Shown here: positions 16,907 through 27,673 of the stretch, in pieces | Numbering within the stretch: the first letter of the stretch is position 1 | How the letters are laid out: the number at the start of each line of letters is the position of its first letter | Origin: Clostridiaceae bacterium | GTDB lineage: Bacteria > Bacillota > Clostridia > Oscillospirales > Acutalibacteraceae | DNA: 64,000 nt | Assembly: GCA_016295355.1 (NCBI GenBank) | Contig: JAEDLK010000005.1 | Location: forward strand, 1,871-65,870 | Reading direction: 5' to 3' | Translations under genes and position numbers: made by a program | Notes under the pieces: model-generated | Told to the model about the DNA's origin: nothing | Database searches by the model: none | What the model saw: the letters and a program-made list of their open reading frames with translations, nothing else

Positions 16907-17508
16907 GATTCTATCTCCTTCATCAGTTTAATAAGCATGGCCGAAACCGATTCCGCCAGTTCTTGTTTTGTTGCGTTGTTATACACGACATAGTTTGTCC
17001 GATCGGTGTAAAACTCATCCGGCTGTCCGACCGATAACCGACTGTCAGCTTGCGTTTCGCTCAACGAATCTCGGCTGATGATTCTGGTTCGACAGAGCGT
17101 TCTGTCACACAATAAGGCCACCACCGCCATGCAAATCTCATCCAATCCGCTTTCAAACAGCGTCGGGGCATCCAACAAAATGCGGTCACTGTCATTCTCT
17201 TCAATTTGTCGCAAAATCTCCTCGTCAATAAAGGGAAGCACCATATTGTTTAATTGCTGTTTGTGTGCTTCATCGGCAAAGGCCACCGTCGCCAACGCCC
17301 GACGGTTGATTTTTCCGTCTGTCAAAATATCCTGCCCGAACGCCTTGACCAACTGTGCCACGCACAGTGGATTGGTGTCGTAGACATGGCGGCAAACGGC
17401 ATCACAGTCGATGCAGTAAAAGCCGTGTTGCTTAAACACCGCCGCGGCGGTGCTTTTGCCGGCACCGCTCGGACCGGTCAGACCGATCACCGTTTTGCGT
17501 TTTGTCAT
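16903..17508 (-). CDS. coaE: Dephospho-CoA kinase
   Basis: P-loop GLTGPSGAGKST. About 200 aa. ATGA-type overlap with neighbouring genes. Confidence 0.85.
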   Translation of the reverse strand: MTKRKTVIGLTGPSGAGKSTAAAVFKQHGFYCIDCDAVCRHVYDTNPLCVAQLVKAFGQDILTDGKINRRALATVAFADEAHKQQLNNMVLPFIDEEILRQIEENDSDRILLDAPTLFESGLDEICMAVVALLCDRTLCRTRIISRDSLSETQADSRLSVGQPDEFYTDRTNYVVYNNATKQELAESVSAMLIKLMKEIES

Positions 17509-18530
17509 AAAACCACCTTCCGATAACCGCAGGAACGAATGGCACGGTTATAAACCGCCAAGCTGACGCCGGTTTGACCCGGTGCGTGAAGATAAGCCTT
17601 TTCGATCCGATCTTCATCCAGCCGTCGAAGCACCTCAAACAACGCATAGGCCTGGGTGCGCCCGTCATCACTTGCACCGTAACAATAGACCGGCACGCCC
17701 AACCGATCGACATCCTCCTTAAAACAAACGGCGACACCGTCTGCCTGTTCATTGACATACCGGCAGTACTGCTCCCTGTCTCCCTCCACCATAATAAGGG
17801 TTGCCTTGGGGGCATAATGCTTGTATTTCATGCCCGGAGAAGCCACCTGTTCGCCCTCTTTCGGACGGTCGAGTACCGCCGGATCAACCTCAATATCGGG
17901 CAAAACCGTCTTTAGCTGTTCCAATGTGACCGCTCCCGGACGCAACAGCCGCGGCGGATGGGCGGTTAGAGAAATCACCGTAGATTCCACTCCCACCTCA
18001 CAACGGGGACCCATTAACACAGCGTCGATCGAGCCGTCTAAATCTCTTAAAACATGATCAGCCGAAATCGGACTGGGCAAGCCGGAGCGATTGGCCGAAG
18101 GTGCCGCCAAGGGAAGACCGGCCGCCCGAATCAGTTCTCGGGCAATCTGCGAGGACGGCATCCGTACGCCCACGCTGTCGAGTCCGGCACAAACGCTGTC
18201 GGCAATTCTCTCACCCTTTGGCAAAACCATGGTAAAGGGACCCGGCCAAAAGGCCTCGGCACATCGTTTGGCCTGCTCTGATACCTGTGAAGTCACCCAA
18301 GGGAGCATGGAAAGGTCGGCAATATGCACGATCAGCGGATTGTCCTGCGGACGTCCCTTGGCCGCAAACACACGGGCAATGGCGGCATCATCATAAGCCG
18401 ATGCTGCCAGACCGTATACCGTCTCGGTCGGCATAGCGACAATACCGCCGTTTGCCAATAAGTCCCCTGCCTGTTTGTAACCGGCTTGGTTTGGTATAAT
18501 TCGTTTGGTTTCCATTTCTTTTTCTTCCAT
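17505..18530 (-). CDS. tsaC: L-threonylcarbamoyladenylate synthase (Sua5/YwlC/TsaC)
   Basis: YGLAASAYD...KGRPQDNPLIVHI YrdC-domain motifs plus a Sua5 C-terminal domain. Start uncertain (18530 or 18515); the track start at 18614 would overlap prfA. Confidence 0.8.
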   Translation of the reverse strand: MEEKEMETKRIIPNQAGYKQAGDLLANGGIVAMPTETVYGLAASAYDDAAIARVFAAKGRPQDNPLIVHIADLSMLPWVTSQVSEQAKRCAEAFWPGPFTMVLPKGERIADSVCAGLDSVGVRMPSSQIARELIRAAGLPLAAPSANRSGLPSPISADHVLRDLDGSIDAVLMGPRCEVGVESTVISLTAHPPRLLRPGAVTLEQLKTVLPDIEVDPAVLDRPKEGEQVASPGMKYKHYAPKATLIMVEGDREQYCRYVNEQADGVAVCFKEDVDRLGVPVYCYGASDDGRTQAYALFEVLRRLDEDRIEKAYLHAPGQTGVSLAVYNRAIRSCGYRKVVL

Positions 18531-18600
18531 CCATTCGCCACCATGGCCAGATATCCCTAAAAGCAAGCCTTTTCGGTCGATAGGCTCTGATATCCTTGAC

Positions 18601-19677
18601 TTATGCCATTTCACTGTTCTTTAACTGCTCACTGCGGTCAAATGTGGTCAGGGCATCAACGATCTCATCCAACGCCCCGTTCATCACGGCATCAATCTTG
18701 TACAGCGTCAAGCCGATCCTATGGTCGGTGACCCGACCCTGGGGAAAATTATACGTGCGAATCCTCTCACTGCGATCGCCGGTGCCCACCTGACTGCGCC
18801 GGGAAGAGGCGATCTCATTTTCTTGTTTGGCACAGGCCTGCTCATATAACCGAGAGCGCAAAACCTTTAAGGCCTTATCCTTGTTTTTATACTGGCTTCT
18901 CTCGTCCTGGCATTCCACCACCATGCCGGTCGGCAAATGGGTGATGCGAATGGCCGAGGAGGTCTTGTTAATATGCTGACCTCCCGCACCGCTGGAACGG
19001 AAGGTATCAATTTTAAGATCCTTTGGGTTAAGTTCAAATTCCACCTCATCCGCCTCCGGCAAAACTGCCACGGTCACGGTGGAGGTATGAATCCGCCCTT
19101 GTGTCTCGGTATCGGGAACCCGTTGCACCCGATGCACACCGCTCTCATACTTCAGTCTTGAAAAAGCACCGGCGCCGGTAATCATAAACGACACTTCCTT
19201 GTAGCCGCCCAGCTCGGTTTCATTGGCCCCGACAACCTCGGTCTGCCAGCCCTTACTCTCGGCATACATGGTATACATTCGAAACAGTGATCCGGCAAAC
19301 AGTGCCGCCTCCTCACCGCCGGCACCGCCCCGAATCTCGATAATGACATTTTTTTCATCGTTGGGATCATGCGGCAACAGCAACAACCGCAATTCTTCCG
19401 AAAGGCATTCTTCCTCTTGTTGCGCCGTTAACAGCTCCTGTTCCACCAACGCCTTAAAATCCTTATCCAGTCCGCCGGTCTCTAACAGCGTGCGAGCCTC
19501 TTGCTTGGTAGACACCGCCTTCCGATAGGCCTTATAGGCGTCAACAACAGGAGAGATTTGGGCGTATTCCTTACTTAAAGCGGTATATCGGTCACTGTCG
19601 CACACAACCTGAGGTTGCGTCAGCAAAACGCTGATTTCCTCAAGCCTGGTGGCCACTCCCTCTAACTGTTCAAACAT
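18601..19677 (-). CDS. prfA: Peptide chain release factor 1
   Basis: GGQ motif ([11 protein letters not shown]) and an RF1-type PxT loop ([14 protein letters not shown]). GGGAG RBS before the ATG at 19677. Confidence 0.9.
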   Translation of the reverse strand: MFEQLEGVATRLEEISVLLTQPQVVCDSDRYTALSKEYAQISPVVDAYKAYRKAVSTKQEARTLLETGGLDKDFKALVEQELLTAQQEEECLSEELRLLLLPHDPNDEKNVIIEIRGGAGGEEAALFAGSLFRMYTMYAESKGWQTEVVGANETELGGYKEVSFMITGAGAFSRLKYESGVHRVQRVPDTETQGRIHTSTVTVAVLPEADEVEFELNPKDLKIDTFRSSGAGGQHINKTSSAIRITHLPTGMVVECQDERSQYKNKDKALKVLRSRLYEQACAKQENEIASSRRSQVGTGDRSERIRTYNFPQGRVTDHRIGLTLYKIDAVMNGALDEIVDALTTFDRSEQLKNSEMA

Positions 19678-19864
19678 GGTCTTCTCCCTCACGCATGACT
19701 TTTTTAATCATTTTTTCGCATTTGCTTCTGGGCAGCATAATTTCTCGACCGCAGGTTTCACACCGAATGCGAAAATCCGATCCGATTCGCAAAACGGTAA
19801 ACACCACTCCCCCACAGGGATGACTTTTTTTCATCTGCAATTTGTCTGATAAGCGTATATCCAT
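19670..19864 (-). CDS. DUF951-family small protein
   Basis: MKKSHPCGG...[15 protein letters not shown] pattern. ATG at 19864 with a GGAAAGGA RBS. Overlaps the prfA start by 8 nt. Confidence 0.7.
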   Translation of the reverse strand: MDIRLSDKLQMKKSHPCGGVVFTVLRIGSDFRIRCETCGREIMLPRSKCEKMIKKVMREGEDHV

Positions 19865-20181
19865 AGGCCATCCTTTCCTGCTGTGTATCGGTCGGTTATA
19901 CGCCCATTGTTCCCCCATATTCTTTGACCGCCGCGACGACATAACCGTTAAACGGCCAAAAGGCACCGATGGAAAGCAATAAGCAATTTTTTCCTTTGTA
20001 TATTATATCTTATTTTTCCTCTCTAATCAATATTTTCCTTAAATATTCTTGCACAGGCTGTCAAAACACGATATAATAAGAATACCAATTGTGTTAAAGC
20101 CCTGCCAAACGATCTGTTTTGACGCCGTCGCCGTTCAGGGGGCTGTTCTTTATCTCACTATTTCTATCAAGGAGGATGTTC

Positions 20182-21306
20182 ATGGCCAGTGTTCGTATTC
20201 TGCATACCGCCGATTGGCACATCGGCGCCGAAAACGCCTATTTAGGCCCTCTTGCCGCTGCAAGACAGGCTGAAATGCTAACCACGGTTCGCCGTATCAC
20301 CGATCTGTGTACCGCACAAAGTGTCAATCTGTTATTGATTGCCGGTGATTTATTCGACAACAACCACATCGATGCTTCCTTGATCGGCGAGGTCTTTGCA
20401 CTGCTTGGAAGTCTCATCGACACCAAGGTGGTGATCGCCGCCGGTAACCACGATCCGCTGTCGGCCGATTCACCCTATCAATCGGCCCTTTTGCCCAAAA
20501 ACTGCTTTGTTTTGGGAACCAAGGACAGTGTGATTGCCTTTCCGGAATTTCATTGTCGGGTTTACGGAAAATCCTTTGCCGGTGTTTACTGCGCCGGCAA
20601 GCCGTCCTTCTCATTAAAACCGCCGGCTGATGATATGATCAACCTTATGGTATTACACGGAGAAACACGCAGTGATTACAGCTCCTGTTATTGCTCAATC
20701 ACCAAGGAATTCATTGCCTCGTGCGGCATGGATTATCTGGCACTTGGGCATATTCATCAGCGTTCTGATATTCACAAAATTGAAAATACCTTCTTTTCCT
20801 ACAGCGGTTGTCCCGAAGGGCAAGGATACGATGAAAGCGGTATCAAGGGTGTCTACATGGGTGAGGTGGAAAAGGGCTTTCATTCGTTGGCCTTTGTGCC
20901 CATTGCCGGGCGCACCCACCACTGCCTATCGGTACCGCTTACCGAAGAAGAGGATCCCTATACCACCGTTATGGAAGCCATCAAGGCCACAGGCGAGCAT
21001 TATACCGATGATTTGTTCCGTATCACCCTGACCGGCGCTTTGCCCGACGGCAAACGGGTGCACCCCGATCGGCTGGCCGCCCAACTGGCAAGTGAAGTAT
21101 ATCATCTGCGCCTGCGGGACGAAACCACCGTCAAGGCTGATTGGCAGGCACTGGCCAATGAGCCGTCCCTGAAAGGGCTGTTTGTGAAGGCCTGCTTGGA
21201 AAAAGCGTCCGCCACCCACGACGAGCAAGAGAAAAAATCCATTTTATATGCGTTGGAATTGGGACTGAGAAGTTTTGAGGGGAAGGTGAAGTACGGTGAA
21301 GATTAA
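20182..21306 (+). CDS. Metallophosphoesterase, SbcD/YhaO-like exonuclease
   Basis: Motifs HTADWHIG, AGDLFD, GNHD and GHIH. AAGGAGG RBS before the ATG at 20182. Confidence 0.75.
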   Translation: MASVRILHTADWHIGAENAYLGPLAAARQAEMLTTVRRITDLCTAQSVNLLLIAGDLFDNNHIDASLIGEVFALLGSLIDTKVVIAAGNHDPLSADSPYQSALLPKNCFVLGTKDSVIAFPEFHCRVYGKSFAGVYCAGKPSFSLKPPADDMINLMVLHGETRSDYSSCYCSITKEFIASCGMDYLALGHIHQRSDIHKIENTFFSYSGCPEGQGYDESGIKGVYMGEVEKGFHSLAFVPIAGRTHHCLSVPLTEEEDPYTTVMEAIKATGEHYTDDLFRITLTGALPDGKRVHPDRLAAQLASEVYHLRLRDETTVKADWQALANEPSLKGLFVKACLEKASATHDEQEKKSILYALELGLRSFEGKVKYGED

Positions 21307-23665
21307 AGAACTGTATTTAGCCTCGTTCGGCAAATTCAAGGACTATCGGCTGACGTTAGAGGACGGCTTCAATCTGCTGTACGGCCATAATGAGGACGGA
21401 AAAACCACCCTGATGGCCTTTATTCGCATGATGTTTTACGGCTCTGCCACCCGTGGCTCCGATTTATCCAAAAATCCTCGTAAGCGGTATGCTCCGTGGG
21501 ATGGTTCTCCCATGGCCGGCGCCATTACCTTCTCGTCGGACGGCACCGACTACCGTTTAGAACGGGTCTTTTTGGCCTCAAACGCCACCGATCAAATCAC
21601 CTTAACCGATTTATCCACCGGTGAAGCCGAACGCCGCACAGCCGATATCGGCCAGCGTTTTTTCGGCTTGAGTGCCGCCGCCTTTGATCGCTGTGCCTTT
21701 ATCGGACAATGCCTCATCGGCGACAAGGACGAGCAGGCAGAAGGCGAATTGAATGCCCGTCTGTCCAGCCTGGCACAAACCGGCGACGAGGGTGTTTCGG
21801 TGCAAAAGCTCCTGTCTAACCTAACCGACGGCAAGGAAGAACTGATGTCCAAGGGCGGTAACAAAGGACGCTACGACAAGGGCGCTAAGCAACTGGAAGC
21901 CTTAAAAGAAGAGCTGCTGTTTTCCCGTAAGGCGGTTGAAAACAAACAGGCGTTGGCCATTCAAATCGACAATAAGAAGAATCGGTTGCTTTCGGCACAA
22001 AAAGATTGCGACCGCTATGAAGCGCAGCTTCGTGCCGCCGAGGACTACCGGAATCTAAAAAAATTAGGAGACTTTGTTGAGGCCTCTGCCATGCTGTCCT
22101 CCTTAGAAAGAAAGCTGAAAAAGACCGACGGGACACTCATCAGCGCCGCTGATTTAAGCCGTGCCGATCAACTGACCATGGACGGCAAATTGGCAGCCAC
22201 CCGTTTGGAGGATGCGACCCAACAGTTATCGCTTTGCAAGGAGACGTTAACAACAACGCAAGCCTCTTTGACGGATCATTCGTGCGACGGTGAAAAGGCC
22301 GCCATTAAGGCCTTACGAGATGAGGTCGAGCGGCTGAGCGATGAGGAAAACCGCCTGACACAGCAGGCCGAGGCCTTATCCCGTCAAATTGATGAAGCCA
22401 ACGCACAAAAAAGCAAGATACGTCCGATGTTTGTCATTCTCACGCTGTGCGGTCTTTTGGCTACGGCTGCCGGCTTCGTCACCGATGCCTTACGCCCTCT
22501 GCCATGGCTTGTGGGAGGCTCTTTGACGCTCATAGGTTTACTGCTGACCGTCTTGTGTAAAAGGAAGCCGAAGGGTGCCGGTAAAGAATTGACCGACCAA
22601 TTGGCATCCATACAGAATCGCTTGGGTGAATTAAAGCCGGATTTGGCCGCTAAAACCACCGATTTGACCGCTAAAACCGCCGCTCTTTCGGTGAGAGAAG
22701 AAACCGACGGGCAAAACAAGGCACGGCTTGACGAGCTAATCCGTCGTGAGGCCGCCCTAACAAAAACGGTCGAGGAACTGACCGCCACCGTGACAGGGTC
22801 TTTGCAGGGATTAAGCGAATTGTTCCCGAATGTCACACCGCAGACCTCTTTTTCGGGCATTGAAATCATACTGCATGCCTATCATGAGAGTCTGCAAAAG
22901 TGGGAAACTGTCACGGCTCGACTGAATTTGTTAAAGCACGATTTAGGCGAGGACATCACCGTGGAGACCGCCAAGGCCATGCAACGCCAAATCAGCCGCG
23001 AGGAAAACGCCATCGGCGATCCGAAAACCATCCGGGAGCTATTGGCGTTCAAGCGTCGCGAATTGGCCGAAACCGAAAAGGATTTGGCTTTGGATGAGGC
23101 TCGCTTGGCTACCGACTTTAAGAATCTACGCCACCCCACCGAATTAGAGCATGAGATTGAACGGTTGTTGGCTGTTTTGGCGCGTCAAAAGGCCTTTTGC
23201 GAGGCAAGTGAGCTGGCCTGTTCACTTTTAAGCGATGCCGCCGCCAAGCTCCGGCAGAATTACGGCGAACGATTGGAAAAGCGTGCCGGTGAAATTTTCT
23301 CGGCACTGACCGGCGGTGTTTATCACGCCTTACACATTTCCCGCAGCTTTGACTTGCAGGTTGAAAAGACCGGCGTCTTCGGCCGTAAGGAATGGCAGTA
23401 TCTGTCAACCGGCGCCGCCGACCAAGCCTATTTTGCTCTGCGGTTGGCCGTATCTGAGCTTTTGTGCGAAGGTAAGGAGACTCTGCCGTTGCTCTTGGAT
23501 GACGCCTTTTGTCAGTATGACGACACCCGTCAGGCGGTTGCACTTGCCTTTTTGGAGGACTATGCCAAACAGAATCAAATTTTGTTCTTTACCTGCCACA
23601 AACTGCCGACCGAACGTATCGCCGTCCCAATCTGTCCACCAATAAACGAGCCATCGTTTGAGTAG
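21296..23665 (+). CDS. SMC/Rad50-like AAA ATPase (YhaN/SbcC-like) with a central TM hairpin
   Basis: Walker A GHNEDGKTT, long coiled-coil regions, C-terminal LLLDDAF. Two hydrophobic helices fall at about nt 22418..22570. GTG start overlaps the upstream gene. Confidence 0.7.
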   Translation: MKIKELYLASFGKFKDYRLTLEDGFNLLYGHNEDGKTTLMAFIRMMFYGSATRGSDLSKNPRKRYAPWDGSPMAGAITFSSDGTDYRLERVFLASNATDQITLTDLSTGEAERRTADIGQRFFGLSAAAFDRCAFIGQCLIGDKDEQAEGELNARLSSLAQTGDEGVSVQKLLSNLTDGKEELMSKGGNKGRYDKGAKQLEALKEELLFSRKAVENKQALAIQIDNKKNRLLSAQKDCDRYEAQLRAAEDYRNLKKLGDFVEASAMLSSLERKLKKTDGTLISAADLSRADQLTMDGKLAATRLEDATQQLSLCKETLTTTQASLTDHSCDGEKAAIKALRDEVERLSDEENRLTQQAEALSRQIDEANAQKSKIRPMFVILTLCGLLATAAGFVTDALRPLPWLVGGSLTLIGLLLTVLCKRKPKGAGKELTDQLASIQNRLGELKPDLAAKTTDLTAKTAALSVREETDGQNKARLDELIRREAALTKTVEELTATVTGSLQGLSELFPNVTPQTSFSGIEIILHAYHESLQKWETVTARLNLLKHDLGEDITVETAKAMQRQISREENAIGDPKTIRELLAFKRRELAETEKDLALDEARLATDFKNLRHPTELEHEIERLLAVLARQKAFCEASELACSLLSDAAAKLRQNYGERLEKRAGEIFSALTGGVYHALHISRSFDLQVEKTGVFGRKEWQYLSTGAADQAYFALRLAVSELLCEGKETLPLLLDDAFCQYDDTRQAVALAFLEDYAKQNQILFFTCHKLPTERIAVPICPPINEPSFE

Positions 23666-23725
23666 GGTTCAACTCATTGCATCAACCGTCCAAGAACCGT
23701 ATACTTCTGTTACAGCACCCAAACC

Positions 23726-23761
23726 ATGCAGGGCATCAAAAGACGCCCTGCATTGTTTTTT
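23726..23761 (+). terminator. Terminator after the yhaN-like gene
   Basis: ATGCAGGGC-10 nt-GCCCTGCAT followed by TGTTTTTTT. Confidence 0.7.
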
Positions 23762-23809
23762 AGTCGCCTTAATCCGCTCTTTTTCGGCATAAAACCGGCA
23801 TCCGGATTC

Positions 23810-23838
23810 TTGACTTTATATAGGTGATACAGTATAAT
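23810..23838 (+). promoter_or_regulatory. Promoter of the trkA-trkH operon
   Basis: TTGACT (23810..23815), 17-nt spacer, TATAAT (23833..23838). Confidence 0.6.
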
Positions 23839-23895
23839 GACTATTATTAGGCCCTTTGGCCGAGGAGTACTTATCGGCATTAAGGAGTGCATGGG

Positions 23896-25254
23896 ATGAA
23901 CATTATCGTCGTAGGTTGCGGTAAGATCGGCACAGCGATTTTAGACACACTTTTGTCCGAGGGACATAATGTCACCGCCGTTGACAGCGATCCGGCTGTC
24001 ATTGACGAAATCACCAACATTTATGACGTTATGGGTGTTTGCGGAAACGGCACCGACTGTGAAGTCTTACAGCAGGCGGATGTCGGCAGTACCAATCTGC
24101 TGGTGGCGACAACCCATTCAGATGAATTGAATATGCTTTGTTGTTTTTTAGCTCGCCGTATGGGCGCCCGGCACACCATTGCCCGGATTCGGAATCCGGA
24201 ATACAACGACCAAAGCCTGGGCTTCATGAAAGATCAGTTGGGCCTTTCGATGTCGATCAACCCGGAGTTGTTAACCGCACAGGAATTGTATAATCTACTC
24301 CGTCTGCCGAGTGCTGCTAATTTGGAAACGTTTTCGGGGCGAAACTTTGAAATGGTGGAATTGGCGCTCAAAAGCGATTCTGTGCTAAACGGACTGTCCT
24401 TATTGGAATTAAGAAAAAGGTGTCCTGCCAACTTCTTGGTCTGTGCCGTTCGTCGAGGTGATTGCGTCACCATTCCCGATGGCCGTTTTGTGTTAAAAGA
24501 CGGCGACCATGTGATTTTAACCGCCGCTTTTTCGGAGATTCAAAAGCTTCTTAAGAGCTTGGGACTGATGAAAAAGCACGCTCGTACCGTTATGCTGTTG
24601 GGCGCTTCCCGCACGGCTTATTATTTGGCCAAAATGTTACTGAAAAGCGGCAACTCGGTAAAAGTCATTGAAAAGGACATTCACCGTTGTGAAGAATTCG
24701 GCCAACACCTGCCGGGTGCAACGATGATCTGCGGTGACGGCAGTTCTCAAGAATTGCTGCTTGAAGAGGGCATTCGCTCTACCGATGCCTTTGTGTCGCT
24801 GACCGGCATGGACGAACAGAATATCTTGATTTCCTTTTATGCGTCCTCGCAAAATGTTCCAAAAGTGATCTCCAAGGTCAATCTGCCGCAAATGAATGCT
24901 ATGGCGCAACGCCTCGGAATGGACTCGTTGGTATCCCTGCCCAAGGCCGTAACCAATGTGGTATCCCGTTATGCACGGGCGCTGGAAAACTCTCTCGGCA
25001 GTCAAATGGAAACGCTATACAAGTTACTGGACGGAAAGGCTGAGGCCTTGGAATTCATTGTAAAGGCCGACTTCCCCTATTGCAACACTCTCTTAAAGGA
25101 CTTACGCCTGAAAGAAAACACCCTATTTGCCGGTATCATCCGTAAGCGGAAGACCATTATTCCATCCGGCGATGATTGCATTTTAGCCGGTGACCGCGTG
25201 ATTGTCGTTTCAACCGGAAAACGCTTGGGTGCACTTTTAGATGTCATGAGTTAG
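23896..25254 (+). CDS. trkA: Trk potassium uptake protein TrkA
   Basis: Two tandem NAD-binding/RCK modules (VVGCGKIG; LLGASRTA). AAGGAG 8 nt before the ATG at 23896. Confidence 0.9.
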   Translation: MNIIVVGCGKIGTAILDTLLSEGHNVTAVDSDPAVIDEITNIYDVMGVCGNGTDCEVLQQADVGSTNLLVATTHSDELNMLCCFLARRMGARHTIARIRNPEYNDQSLGFMKDQLGLSMSINPELLTAQELYNLLRLPSAANLETFSGRNFEMVELALKSDSVLNGLSLLELRKRCPANFLVCAVRRGDCVTIPDGRFVLKDGDHVILTAAFSEIQKLLKSLGLMKKHARTVMLLGASRTAYYLAKMLLKSGNSVKVIEKDIHRCEEFGQHLPGATMICGDGSSQELLLEEGIRSTDAFVSLTGMDEQNILISFYASSQNVPKVISKVNLPQMNAMAQRLGMDSLVSLPKAVTNVVSRYARALENSLGSQMETLYKLLDGKAEALEFIVKADFPYCNTLLKDLRLKENTLFAGIIRKRKTIIPSGDDCILAGDRVIVVSTGKRLGALLDVMS

Positions 25255-25263
25255 GAGCATATC

Positions 25264-26718
25264 ATGAACCGAAGAATCGTTTTATTCACCGTCGGTCGCA
25301 TTGCGCTCATCGAAACAGCTCTGCTTATTTTGCCGATGATTGTTTGCCTGATTTACGGTGAGTACAGCATCCTTTTCTGCTTTGCCGTCACGGCCGGTAT
25401 CAGCTTGGCCTTTGGTCTGGTTTTACGTCTGATTGCCCGTCCTCGCAACCACCTAATTTTCGCAAGAGAAGGCTTTTTCATTGTTGCCTCTGCGTGGATT
25501 TTTGTATCGGCTGTCGGTGCTTTGCCCTTTGTTTTCAGCGGTAGCATTCCTAACTATTGTGATGCTTTTTTTGAAACGGTCAGTGGCTTCACCACCACCG
25601 GTGCCTCGATTCTGCCCAATGTGGAAGAAGCCATTCAAAGCCAAGGCCTTTTGTTTTGGCGCAGTTTTACCCACTGGATCGGCGGCATGGGTGTTTTGGT
25701 CTTTTTGTTGGCCGTTTTGCCCAGCGGTAATGAGCGTTCCATTCATATTTTACGCGCAGAGGTGCCCGGCCCAATGGTCGGCAAATTGGTGCCCCGTTTA
25801 AAGGACACCGCCAAAATCCTATACTTGATTTACTTTGCCATCACCCTGCTTGAAACCGTTTTGCTGATAGCCGGCGGTATGTCGCTGTTTGACAGCCTGG
25901 TGCACACCTTCGGCACTGCCGGTACCGGCGGTTTCGGCATAAAAGCGGACAGCGTCGCCTCCTATTCCCCCTATTGTCAATGGGTTATCACAGTCTTTAT
26001 GCTGATTTTCGGCATAAACTTCAACCTTTTTTATCTGTTACTGCTCAAACGGTTGCGCCCGGTCTTGCACAGTGCCGAATTATGGGCCTATTTGGGTATC
26101 GCAGCCGCCGCCACCATGGTAATCACTTGGGATATCTCCAAATATGCCGACTGTTTGTGGCCGGAGTCATTGCGCCACGCCGCCTTCCAGGTCTCCTCCA
26201 TCATGACCACCACCGGCTTTTCAACCACCGACTTTAATGCTTGGCCGTCGCTTTCCAAGAGCATCCTCTTTTTGCTGATGCTGGTGGGCGGTTGTGCCGG
26301 CTCTACGGCAGGCGGACTGAAAGTTTCACGAGTGGTCCTGCTGTTCCGCATGGCACGCCGTGAATTAAGCCGTCTGCTGCATCCGAGATCGGTTAGAGTC
26401 ATTGTCTTTGAAGAAAAGCGGGCAGACGAGCCGATGCTGAATAGTGTTGCCTTATATTTTGTCGTATACATGATGTTTATCGGCGGTGTTTTTCTGCTGT
26501 TGTCCTTTGAACCATTCAACTTAGAAACAAATTTAAGCGCCACGGTCGCTTGTTTTAACAACGTCGGTCCCGGATTTGCCGGAGTCGGTCCGACAGCTTC
26601 CTATGCGGCCTATTCCGACCTTTCCAAGCTGGTTCTTTCCCTGGCTATGCTGGCCGGGCGATTGGAAATTTTCCCCATTCTGCTCTTCTTTTCTCCCTCC
26701 TCTTGGAAAGCCCAATAA
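25264..26718 (+). CDS. trkH: TrkH-family potassium transporter
   Basis: 484-aa polytopic protein with repeated TTTGF/SGFTTTG selectivity-filter-like motifs. Adjacent to trkA. Confidence 0.9.
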   Translation: MNRRIVLFTVGRIALIETALLILPMIVCLIYGEYSILFCFAVTAGISLAFGLVLRLIARPRNHLIFAREGFFIVASAWIFVSAVGALPFVFSGSIPNYCDAFFETVSGFTTTGASILPNVEEAIQSQGLLFWRSFTHWIGGMGVLVFLLAVLPSGNERSIHILRAEVPGPMVGKLVPRLKDTAKILYLIYFAITLLETVLLIAGGMSLFDSLVHTFGTAGTGGFGIKADSVASYSPYCQWVITVFMLIFGINFNLFYLLLLKRLRPVLHSAELWAYLGIAAAATMVITWDISKYADCLWPESLRHAAFQVSSIMTTTGFSTTDFNAWPSLSKSILFLLMLVGGCAGSTAGGLKVSRVVLLFRMARRELSRLLHPRSVRVIVFEEKRADEPMLNSVALYFVVYMMFIGGVFLLLSFEPFNLETNLSATVACFNNVGPGFAGVGPTASYAAYSDLSKLVLSLAMLAGRLEIFPILLFFSPSSWKAQ

Positions 26719-26734
26719 ATAAGGAGCTGGTTTC

Positions 26735-27667
26735 GTGGAATTTTTGTATTTTCTCGAAAAAATCAGGACCCCGTTCTTGGATTCGTTTTTTTCCTTTTTA
26801 ACCTATTTCGGAGATGAAACGCTGTTTATTGTCATTGCCCTACTGGTGTTTTGGTGCGCCGATAAGTATGAAGGTTATTATTTGATGATCACCTGCTTTA
26901 TGGGTACCGTAGCCAACCAGTTTTTGAAAATCACCTGCCGTATTGCACGGCCGTGGGTGCGGAATCCCGCCTTTTCTCCCGTACCCAACGCCATCCCGCG
27001 AGCCGGAGGTTATTCCTTCCCCAGCGGTCACACCCAATCCTCGGTCGGTCTGTTCGGCGGTTTGGCTCGCCATAAGAATCCAACCTGGCTACGGTTTATT
27101 TGCCTGACGCTTTGTCTGTTGGTGCCGTTTTCGCGGATGTATCTGGGTGTCCATACCCCGTTGGATGTCAGTGTTGCCTTCGCCCTGGGCGTGATTCTCG
27201 TCTTTTTGCTGTATCCGCTGTTTGACGGACAGCACAAAAAAGGTATGGCGATTCTCATTTTAGGCACGATTGTGCTTACCGTCGGCTTTGCCGTGTATGT
27301 TTTCTTGATGCCCTTTCCGTCAGAGGTTTACCTGCCTGAAAACATCGGTAATTTGGAATCGGCTCGCAAAAATGCCTGCTCCATGCTCGGCTGCGCCCTG
27401 GGTCTGCCCTTCGTCTATTATTGGGATGAGACACGCCTGCATTTCTCTGCCAACGCACCTCCCGCCTTCCAAGTCTTTAAGGCACTTGTCGGAATGGCCT
27501 TGGTTTTCTGTGTTAAAGAGGGGCTGAAAGTACCGCTGGAGGCACTCTTCCCCGCACAGAGCTTTACGCATATCATTTGTTATTTTTTTGTGGTGATAAC
27601 GGCCGGTTGCTTTTGGCCCACCCTATTTACAGCACTGCAAGTTCGTCTTTATAGAAAGGAATGTTGA
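26735..27667 (+). CDS. PAP2-family phosphatase (membrane)
   Basis: Motifs CRIARPW, SFPSGHT and SRMYLGVHTPLDV. GTG start with an AAGGAG RBS. Confidence 0.8.
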   Translation: MEFLYFLEKIRTPFLDSFFSFLTYFGDETLFIVIALLVFWCADKYEGYYLMITCFMGTVANQFLKITCRIARPWVRNPAFSPVPNAIPRAGGYSFPSGHTQSSVGLFGGLARHKNPTWLRFICLTLCLLVPFSRMYLGVHTPLDVSVAFALGVILVFLLYPLFDGQHKKGMAILILGTIVLTVGFAVYVFLMPFPSEVYLPENIGNLESARKNACSMLGCALGLPFVYYWDETRLHFSANAPPAFQVFKALVGMALVFCVKEGLKVPLEALFPAQSFTHIICYFFVVITAGCFWPTLFTALQVRLYRKEC

Positions 27668-27673
27668 TAACTT

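Noticed and set aside
20182-23665. Nuclease plus SMC-like ATPase pair as an anti-phage defence system (Lamassu/Gabija-like)
   Set aside because: The architecture and motifs match the conserved Firmicute yhaO-yhaN housekeeping pair. The pair is embedded among core genes (prfA, trkA) with no other defence or mobility genes nearby.
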